DNA of 64,000 bases, taken from a virus. Lineage: Duplodnaviria > Caudoviricetes. Under the pieces are notes generated by a model that had not been told where the DNA came from, did no database searches, and saw only the letters and a list, made by a program, of their open reading frames with translations. The stretch covers positions 1 to 64,000 of IMG/VR virus record IMGVR_UViG_3300033067_001302; one strand, 5' to 3'. Made by a program: the position numbers and the translations under genes. Below are positions 40,171-47,483 of this stretch, one piece after another; within the stretch, counting starts at the first letter, position 1, and each line of letters opens with the position of its first letter.

Positions 40171-40716
40171 ATGTTCTCCAAGGTGGCCGAGAAGGTTCTG
40201 AAGCTGGTTCACCCTGACGGCTTCCACAAGAGAATCTCCGTTAAGACCTTCCAGCTTCCCAATGGACTGGAAGAGACTTTCTTTGTTGACTTGGGGAAGG
40301 ACTCTGTTCAAGTTCTCTGCATTACCAAACCCGAACCTGGGATTGAACCCGATGTTGTTCTCGTCCAACAGTTTCGACCTGGAACCGAGCAGCTTGAACT
40401 GGAACTCCCAGGTGGCGGCTTGGATACGGGAGAGAACCCACTGGAAGGTGGAATCAGGGAGCTCAGGGAAGAGACCGGATACGTGGGAGATGCCACATAT
40501 CTTGGCAAACTTCCATACTCTCCATACTCAACGGGCTGGCGTCATTGCGTTTTGGTGATCAATGCAAAGAAAGTCGATCACCAATCATTGGACCCAAATG
40601 AGTTCGTTTCCATTCTCAAGATGCCTCTTCGGGACTTCAGAATGAAGATGAAGAATGGAGAAATCCGTGGATGGGATTTGGGCTACATGGGTTTGGACTA
40701 TTTGGGCAAACTGTAA
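40171..40716 (+). CDS. NUDIX hydrolase (ADP-ribose pyrophosphatase-like)
   Basis: VQQFRP...LELPGGGLDTGENPLEGGIRELREETG Nudix box. Confidence 0.93.
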   Translation: MFSKVAEKVLKLVHPDGFHKRISVKTFQLPNGLEETFFVDLGKDSVQVLCITKPEPGIEPDVVLVQQFRPGTEQLELELPGGGLDTGENPLEGGIRELREETGYVGDATYLGKLPYSPYSTGWRHCVLVINAKKVDHQSLDPNEFVSILKMPLRDFRMKMKNGEIRGWDLGYMGLDYLGKL

Positions 40717-40762
40717 AGTTGCCAATAATACGGGGCTCAATTACATTGGAAAGGCTTGAGGA

Positions 40763-41437
40763 TCACTTCTTCGGAAGTGTCTTGAGCCCTTCATTGAGAA
40801 GGCGAATGTTCTTCTCAATAGTAGATTCAGCAAGCTTCTCAATGAAGGATTGAGCTGGATAGCTGTGTCCTTCAAAGGTAAAATGACGCTCGGCACGAGG
40901 GAGAGAGCCTTTCTTCTGTTCTTTGTCTTGCTTGGAACGGTACTCTGAGTATGCCTGCCCAATGGTCATTGGATTAAACTGGCCGAGGTCCATCGTATCG
41001 CCGTTCTTGAAGTGCAGCCGAACCTGTCCGCCTGTTTCTGGACCAGCGTAGACAACAGCATCCTGATCAAAATGCTTTCCAAGACGATTGGCCGTCTCCA
41101 GGTCAATTTTGAATACCATCAATGATGGCTCGACGCTATCGACCAGTTTGTCGGGAGGGCATTGATCGTACGGAACGGAGGTGTCTTGACATTCCTGCCA
41201 GTGTCCACGTAGCTGAATGTAGCCCAGCCCCTTGGCTCGAACGAAGCTTTGTAGGGCCTGGAAGTTCGCCAGATTGGTCTTCTTGTCGTTGGACTGACGC
41301 CAGGAAGTGAGAATTGCAAATCCCTCCTCCTTCGCCTTGTTGACATGGGACATGATCCGGTTTAGTGAACTCTCAAAGAGTTTACTCTTTTCGTTCTTCA
41401 ACTTGGCGGCAAGAATGGTTTGCAGGTTATCTTCCAT
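40763..41437 (-). CDS. putative SAM-lyase (T3 SAMase-like fold) protein
   Basis: ILTSWR...N...L...G...LRGHWQE...VEPSLMV...A..L...FDQDAVVY follows the motif order recalled for phage SAM lyases. Start reassigned to MEDNLQ. Confidence 0.5.
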   Translation of the reverse strand: MEDNLQTILAAKLKNEKSKLFESSLNRIMSHVNKAKEEGFAILTSWRQSNDKKTNLANFQALQSFVRAKGLGYIQLRGHWQECQDTSVPYDQCPPDKLVDSVEPSLMVFKIDLETANRLGKHFDQDAVVYAGPETGGQVRLHFKNGDTMDLGQFNPMTIGQAYSEYRSKQDKEQKKGSLPRAERHFTFEGHSYPAQSFIEKLAESTIEKNIRLLNEGLKTLPKK

Positions 41438-41502
41438 ATAGATCCTAATAATGGTGAGAAGTTGAACTTGACAAGGTAAGTGTGAAGCTGTTATTCGAAT
41501 AG

Positions 41503-42072
41503 TCAAGCCCTGGGAGTTGGTTCCCAACAAGCGCCGCAGCGGGGCTCGTAGAGCCCGTGAGCGCCAACCTCTACAGCTTCACCCGTCTTGGCATATGGAA
41601 GCTCCCTGTAGGTCCTTCCAGCATCTTCCTTGCAGCAGACGCAGATAGCCTTGAGCTTGGTCACTTCATCTGCCTTAGCAAGGAGAACTGGGACAGCACC
41701 AAACGGCTCCCCGTAGGTGTTCATGTCAAGGCCAGCACAGATCACACGAATCCCATCAGCAAGCAACCCATCAACAACGGGGACGATCCAGCTTGGATCA
41801 AAGAACTGGACCTCGTCAAATGCGACAACCTTCGTGTTGTCCCCAACAACGAACCTTTCCTTGGTGTTGATCGGAACAGGCTTGACTCCGGTAGCAGACT
41901 CAAGGTCTGTCTTCCCGTGGGAGACAATCCTCTCCACGCCATACCTGTAATCCATAGATGGCTTGAAAACTTGGATGTCTTGACCAGAGATGGTGCAGCG
42001 CTTGACTCGACGAATGAGTTCCTCTGTCTTGCCTGCAAACATGGGACCACAAATGACTTCTAGCTTGCTCAT
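41503..42072 (-). CDS. tdk: thymidine kinase
   Basis: ICGPMFAGKTEEL, DEVQFF, VICAGLD, KLKAIC..C, YEPRCGAC. Confidence 0.95.
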   Translation of the reverse strand: MSKLEVICGPMFAGKTEELIRRVKRCTISGQDIQVFKPSMDYRYGVERIVSHGKTDLESATGVKPVPINTKERFVVGDNTKVVAFDEVQFFDPSWIVPVVDGLLADGIRVICAGLDMNTYGEPFGAVPVLLAKADEVTKLKAICVCCKEDAGRTYRELPYAKTGEAVEVGAHGLYEPRCGACWEPTPRA

Positions 42073-42113
42073 GGTTATGGAGTATCGCCTTCTGAAACCA
42101 GAATGTTGCTGGT

Positions 42114-42818
42114 TCAACCCTTGCCGTAATACGTCTTGTTGACAGCCTCGGTAAACCCGGAGTCGATAATTACGGCCTTCCCACCAACGATTCCCCATGA
42201 GTCAAGCTTGGCAATATCTCCTGGCTCGTACTTGCAATCACGAATGGCCTTTACAACTCTAGCAAAGAACTGATTTGTCGAGGCTTGAGCGTAGTTCTGC
42301 TGGTCCTGGGGAGTCACATTGGAAGCCTTACCAGCAAATGCACCCTTGAGAGCTGACCAAAACGTCTTCCAAGGAAGTCCGGTGAGCGACCTAAAGGCAT
42401 CCTCTGTCATTGGCTGAGCTTCCTCAACCAAGATCCAAAAGCCCGCTGGACTCTGCTCAAATGTCTTCGGAAAGAGAGAAACCACATCTGCCGAGGAAGC
42501 GCAGACAGTAGCCTCAGCTTGGTTCTGCCCAATCCCTCCGTCATTCTTGGCAACCTTCAAGACCTTACCATTCCCCAAACGATAAACGAGCCGCCCTTGA
42601 CCCTCACCAAGGAGAGCTCGTCCCAGGGTCTTGTTGACGTACTCCAGGACAGCGTTAAGATCCCCCAGCTTGCGTAGTTCATCGAAGTTGAACGCTACTT
42701 GTGGCGCAGAGCTTCCAGAAGAAGAGGGTTTTCTTACTGGAGCGGTCGAGGCATCAAAGTCCTCACTGAGGTAGAGGTTGATGGCAGCTTCGATGTACCT
42801 ATGGAGTGGGGTGGTCAT
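42114..42818 (-). CDS. divergent protein-kinase-like protein
   Basis: LLGEGQGRLVY, VLKVAKN, QNQAE, DIAKLDSWG, VIIDSG. Confidence 0.7.
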   Translation of the reverse strand: MTTPLHRYIEAAINLYLSEDFDASTAPVRKPSSSGSSAPQVAFNFDELRKLGDLNAVLEYVNKTLGRALLGEGQGRLVYRLGNGKVLKVAKNDGGIGQNQAEATVCASSADVVSLFPKTFEQSPAGFWILVEEAQPMTEDAFRSLTGLPWKTFWSALKGAFAGKASNVTPQDQQNYAQASTNQFFARVVKAIRDCKYEPGDIAKLDSWGIVGGKAVIIDSGFTEAVNKTYYGKG

Positions 42819-42849
42819 GTTACCCGTTAATTAGGGCACCCCGCCAGCT

Positions 42850-43188
42850 CTATTTGTCGTTGTAAACGACCTTCAGGACGCCAATCCACTCACCGTTTGT
42901 ATCATCCTCGTCCAGGATCACACACTCACGCAAGGGTTTGACCGGAAGAGGGCAATATCCCCATCTCTCCGTGATCTTCATGACCTTGTTGTGGACCTCG
43001 CTCAGATCAATGAAGCGAATCTTCCACGAAGAGTCATCCCCCCAATAGCAACCACAAAGGAAGCCGAAGGAAGCGAACCTCAACCTCGTTTCCTTCGGAG
43101 GTGGTTCCCCTTCTTCCTCCGGCTCATTGTACTCTGGCTGGTTATCCCAAGTGGCGTGCCAGAGAGGTAACGTTTTGAATTGCGTCAA
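42850..43188 (-). CDS. hypothetical protein
   Basis: 112-aa ORF with a TTG start overlapping the upstream TGA. Confidence 0.6.
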   Translation of the reverse strand: MTQFKTLPLWHATWDNQPEYNEPEEEGEPPPKETRLRFASFGFLCGCYWGDDSSWKIRFIDLSEVHNKVMKITERWGYCPLPVKPLRECVILDEDDTNGEWIGVLKVVYNDK

Positions 43189-43464
43189 GTAAACCTGCGC
43201 AGCTTTGCTGGAACCTCTGGCCTCGACTTGTTTGTCAGTGAACGAACGTCGGGTGTGTTGTCGTGCAGTCCCTTGCTCGTTTGACCATTCTGAGCTTCAG
43301 CGGCCTTCTGAATCTCCTCGTTGATTCTCTTGATCAACCACCTGCGATAGATGATCGGGAAGTTGTAGAAGTCCTTCCAGGAAGTCATCCCGAAGTAGTA
43401 ACCGAGAGCGAAGAAGGGCTCAAGGATAACCTTGGCTCTATCTTCAGGAGTTAGGCCAAAAAAA
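43185..43464 (-). CDS. frameshift extension of the hub/tail chaperone (gp51-like segment)
   Basis: The protein-like reading FFGLTPEDRAKVILEPFFALGYYFG... begins at a T7 run, with no start codon at that point. Confidence 0.65.
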
Positions 43465-44301
43465 GGAGGCTCCCATTGGGACAGCAACCTCCTCGGTGTG
43501 TCCACAATTTGGACACTCGAACTGACAACGCATGTCAATTCCCGGCTCATGCTGTTCCATGTACTTGCGGAGGGCCAGAGAGTCCCTTGCTGGCAGGTAG
43601 GTGATGGTCTTGGCGATCGTGTTGCGATCCTCAACGCCATCAACCGAGAGAACGCAAGAAGTCAGACGGGTTGTGATCACGCTGTCAACAGCAAGACCCT
43701 TCTTTTTCTTTGCCTCAACAATTGCCGCAATCTCTTCCTCGTCCTTGCCTGTCAAGAAGCGGAACGCCACAACCTTCCCCGAAACAGGGAGCTTGAAGGC
43801 AAACCTGTTCACTCCAGGCTCCACTGGATCAAGTTCAAGTGGCTTGATATCCAGGTCGCTCAAGTTGATTGGGTATTCCGTCTTTTGCTCGCAAGATGGA
43901 CATTGAACAACTGGGGTGTACTCCGGTCCGTATCCTGTAATACGGATTGCAACCATCAAGGCGTTCCTGTCACCGGCAAGGAGATCGTTCACTGAAACTC
44001 CTGGAGTGAGAAGGCACGAACGGATCAACTCGGTGATCACTGTACCCTTCTTGATCAGGGCACGCGACATAAGGATATCTTCCTCTTGAGTTGTCATGCC
44101 CTTGATATCAATGAACTCCTTGCCGTGCAATGGAGAACCCACGGGATAAACCAATCCTCGGCTTGGCAGAGGCACCTGAGCGCTTGGGATTTGAATTTCC
44201 TGCATTGGCACAGCGGAAACCTTGTTTCCCTCTGCGGCTTGGCGTGCAGCGAAGATAGCGTTTCTTACTGCCCTGTCATCTTCTGGCGACATTCCTGACA
44301 T
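43444..44301 (-). CDS. baseplate hub assembly / tail assembly chaperone (T4 gp26-like)
   Basis: VPLPSRGLVYP, MTTQEEDILMS, GDRNALMVAIRITGYG, CPSC...CPNCG...FFWP. Confidence 0.8.
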   Translation of the reverse strand: MSGMSPEDDRAVRNAIFAARQAAEGNKVSAVPMQEIQIPSAQVPLPSRGLVYPVGSPLHGKEFIDIKGMTTQEEDILMSRALIKKGTVITELIRSCLLTPGVSVNDLLAGDRNALMVAIRITGYGPEYTPVVQCPSCEQKTEYPINLSDLDIKPLELDPVEPGVNRFAFKLPVSGKVVAFRFLTGKDEEEIAAIVEAKKKKGLAVDSVITTRLTSCVLSVDGVEDRNTIAKTITYLPARDSLALRKYMEQHEPGIDMRCQFECPNCGHTEEVAVPMGASFFWPNS

Positions 44302-44398
44302 TGTCCTTGAATCCTTTTCTCGTTACGGCGAGCTCTTGCTCTTGGCCGTACATAGTGGTCAGGACAATTTTCGACAGAATTCGCACGTTGGTTAACGC

Positions 44399-44857
44399 TC
44401 AACGCTTTTGGAAGATTTCCACCAAGGCTCTCATCAAGGAAGAGAATGGAACCCTTGGGAAAACACCAAGGGCTACGATGTACATGGCCAAGGCGTGAAT
44501 ATCCTTTTTTGGTGTGGTCACACCCTTGAGGATCTTCGCTGCTGTGCTAACAGCCAATGCCTGCCCCTTGGTATCCTGCCCTTGTGTCTGTCTCTGAGTC
44601 TTAGGGTCAGTTAGAACCACTTCTGGTGCAGGGTATTCATCGAGCGTCTGAAGGACAGTTGTCAACTGTGACTTCAGGAGAGCCATCTCGTGTTCCTGAC
44701 GGTCTTTTCTGGCGTAAATGTTCAACTTCTTCTTCCCAAGACGCAAGTTGTCGGGGTGAAGCTTGGATTTGCGGTAATACTTGCTTCCCTCAGAGAGAGC
44801 CTTCTTGACCTCTCTCCTTGCGAACTCCAGGATCAGTTCTTCTAGCGCCTTGTTCAT
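44399..44857 (-). CDS. hypothetical head-associated-like protein
   Basis: N-terminal helix ending ALSE; ATAGTTA lies 6 nt upstream. Confidence 0.65.
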   Translation of the reverse strand: MNKALEELILEFARREVKKALSEGSKYYRKSKLHPDNLRLGKKKLNIYARKDRQEHEMALLKSQLTTVLQTLDEYPAPEVVLTDPKTQRQTQGQDTKGQALAVSTAAKILKGVTTPKKDIHALAMYIVALGVFPRVPFSSLMRALVEIFQKR

Positions 44858-44902
44858 CTTTGGTAACTATGGCAGTGAATTCTCTTCCTTGCTAGAGCTA
44901 CA

Positions 44903-45835
44903 ATGGAAGCCATGAAGACATTTTTCTCGCTCATGACAGAGCAAAGGAACCGAAAAGAACACGAGGTCAAGTCCGACCTTGACGCCCATTTCAGTAAGAA
45001 TCCCAAGGGAATAACCTGCCCGGTCCCAGGTTGTCCTTGCACCTTGACCTTCCTTCGATGGGGTGCATTGTGGGATCACTTCCTGGACAACAACCACAAG
45101 CGTGACTTCTTCAAGGCATACGAGCAGAAGTACCACCGTCCCTTCTGTGACCCTTCAGGAGAGGGATTCAAGCATGGCGTTCGTTCCTTGATGCTGGCAA
45201 TGCTGATTCAGCCAACCTCCTTGGTTTCCCTTCAAGCCATGCTTGTCAGGCGGAAGAAACCGGTCGTGGAAGCCGTTGAGAGGATCAAGAAGGTCCGCCC
45301 AGTACAGGAACAGCAGACCCTCCTTGTCGAGGCTGAGCCGCCAGCAGAAGCCGCCACAAAGCCAACAGAGGGCATCAAGGAACCACCTTCTAGGGTGGAG
45401 ACCATTGAGCTTGCGAGGGTCATTGCAGGAAGCCCCACAAAGAAGAGTGCCTTCTCTCGACTCTCGGACATTATCCGGGACAGTAAAGAGATCAACGTCG
45501 AGTGGAGAGGAGCTGTTTACTCCAAGTACGTGCACATGTTCCATGGTATTCCACCTTGCTTCCACTGCCGATCAGCGGAAGGAAAGCAGATCCACCACCA
45601 GAACCCACTCTTCCATGAAATCATCCTCATTGCTCTCAACAAGTTGGCAACAACTGCTGATGAGGTCATGAAGGATTACGATAGCATGGAGGCATCTATG
45701 GGAGGAACTGGCTTGTTCCACCGTGTTCTTGCGGAAGTGGTGAACTACCACAACCAAGAGGGTTGGGTCTTGGCTGTCCCCTACTGCCAAGAATGCAACC
45801 AAGATGCCGAAGCAAAAAGAAGAAAAGGAAGATAA
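44903..45835 (+). CDS. zinc-finger plus HNH-like protein on the opposite strand
   Basis: CPVPGC...H...H; CFHC...QIHHQNP...PYCQECN. Confidence 0.5.
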   Translation: MEAMKTFFSLMTEQRNRKEHEVKSDLDAHFSKNPKGITCPVPGCPCTLTFLRWGALWDHFLDNNHKRDFFKAYEQKYHRPFCDPSGEGFKHGVRSLMLAMLIQPTSLVSLQAMLVRRKKPVVEAVERIKKVRPVQEQQTLLVEAEPPAEAATKPTEGIKEPPSRVETIELARVIAGSPTKKSAFSRLSDIIRDSKEINVEWRGAVYSKYVHMFHGIPPCFHCRSAEGKQIHHQNPLFHEIILIALNKLATTADEVMKDYDSMEASMGGTGLFHRVLAEVVNYHNQEGWVLAVPYCQECNQDAEAKRRKGR

Positions 45836-45873
45836 GCTTCGAGTTCTGCAAGAGAATGCCCGAAGGCCAGTTC

Positions 45874-46362
45874 TCAGAATTGCAGGACAGCGTTGTCGTA
45901 GCGAAGTGTGAGCGAAATCTCAACGAGGTCCGATCCTTCGTAGGAAAGGTCGTTGAAGTTTGCTTCCGTGATGAATGCACCCTTGATATCCCAAAGCTGA
46001 ACAACCGTTCCGACTGGATCAAGGAGCTTCAACTGGATGTCACGCTTGTAGAAGTCGGCATAGCCCTCACGGCCAGTAACCGACTCGTACTTGGCACGAA
46101 TCCACTCCATAACCTGCTGGGCTCCCGAAGGACCAACAGGATCGTGCATTGTCACGGTCATCGTGTTGAAGGTCGTCTTACCTCCAATGTACCGTGTTTG
46201 ATTCATGAACGGAATGGCGACCTCTTCCGTTGTGAAAGTTGGGCGAGAAGCCGTCTTCACAAGGAATGCGTCGATTCCTTCAATTGCCAGGATGAATTGA
46301 CGCTTGGCAAGTGGTTGAAACTTGGTGACAAGCATGTCTTCTACGCCGAGTGTGGTAGCCAT
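45874..46362 (-). CDS. tail tube protein (T4 gp19-like)
   Basis: FQPLAKRQF, ASRP, GKTTFNTMTVTMHDP, YKRDIQLKLLDPVG. Confidence 0.9.
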   Translation of the reverse strand: MATTLGVEDMLVTKFQPLAKRQFILAIEGIDAFLVKTASRPTFTTEEVAIPFMNQTRYIGGKTTFNTMTVTMHDPVGPSGAQQVMEWIRAKYESVTGREGYADFYKRDIQLKLLDPVGTVVQLWDIKGAFITEANFNDLSYEGSDLVEISLTLRYDNAVLQF

Positions 46363-46395
46363 TTGTTCTTACTCTCTTCTCCGATAAGTATTCGC

Positions 46396-46686
46396 TTATC
46401 TTTTTTGCTTGCTAATCGACTCGGCGATTCCTCTCACGTCAGCTTCGTCTGCTTTCAGACCGGCTGCCGCCAAGATGCCATCAGCTTGCTCAATGTGATG
46501 AACAGCCTTTTGGATCACCTCGGAAGGAATATCCTTTCCGTGAGCCGACATAATTCGGCCGGTAATCAGCATCAAAAGCTGTGTTGCATCATCAAGGTCG
46601 GAAGCGTCCACGGAACGCTCAAGATTTTCTTTGAGTGCCTTTGCAACCGACTCTTTGACCATCTGTTTCAGGTCTTTGACCTTCAT
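46396..46686 (-). CDS. small head-protein-like protein
   Basis: MKVKDLKQMVKESVAKALKE; TGATG coupling with the upstream gene. Confidence 0.65.
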   Translation of the reverse strand: MKVKDLKQMVKESVAKALKENLERSVDASDLDDATQLLMLITGRIMSAHGKDIPSEVIQKAVHHIEQADGILAAAGLKADEADVRGIAESISKQKR

Positions 46687-47477
46687 CAAACCCACTCCCA
46701 ACCAAGTACATCCATGATCGAGGAAGCAAGATGTTCTGCATTCTCATCACCGGAATCCAAGAGAGCAGAAAGAACCTTGTGCATACCCTCTCCGGTATCC
46801 ATCATTGCCTCTGCTTCGCCTGAATCCATTCCGGCCTTTGCCATTGCAGCTTCGAACGAACGTGCGTCCGAACCACGAAGGGTCATTGACCAACCACCAT
46901 CGGCGTCCAAAGCAGCCTGAAGCTCCTCTGGAGATGGAAGCTGACCAAAGCTGGAGCTTCCTCTCTTTGGATCGCCGTCCGAAACACCCTCCTGGGTTGG
47001 AGCTGTCATCATGGAACCCGATGGCTTGCCTGCTGGAGGCATTGCTCCCCCTGGCATACCCATCTCCTGAAGAGAAGAACGAACAACCTTGCGGACAGCC
47101 TCAGCAAGTGCTGTCTTGCTGATCTTTGCCTTTGGGGAGGTCTTCTTTTCTTGGATTGCCTTTTGGATTCCACCCTTTACGGCCTCGGAAACCAGCTTCT
47201 TGAGATCGCTCTTTTTCATTTTCTTCTCCATCAAGTCCATTTCGTTGGCTTGGTCGACTGCCTGTGCAATTTGGTTGTATTCCCACCCCTGGAAGGCTGG
47301 GGATGAAGCAAGGAAGTCAACGAAGGCCCTATCTCGCTTTGAGTCAGGAACAACAGCAATGGCGTTCACTGCTGCGTCGTGGTTTTGCGGCAAATCAAGC
47401 CAATTTACCATGGCTCGGATATCTCCGGGCTTAATGAATTGGACTGGCAGCCTTGTTTCCTTGATCTTACTACTCAT
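46686..47477 (-). CDS. multi-segment head-protein-like protein
   Basis: Internal MKKSDLKKLVSEAV and several LxE/IxE sites. Confidence 0.7.
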   Translation of the reverse strand: MSSKIKETRLPVQFIKPGDIRAMVNWLDLPQNHDAAVNAIAVVPDSKRDRAFVDFLASSPAFQGWEYNQIAQAVDQANEMDLMEKKMKKSDLKKLVSEAVKGGIQKAIQEKKTSPKAKISKTALAEAVRKVVRSSLQEMGMPGGAMPPAGKPSGSMMTAPTQEGVSDGDPKRGSSSFGQLPSPEELQAALDADGGWSMTLRGSDARSFEAAMAKAGMDSGEAEAMMDTGEGMHKVLSALLDSGDENAEHLASSIMDVLGWEWV

Positions 47478-47483
47478 CTCTCA

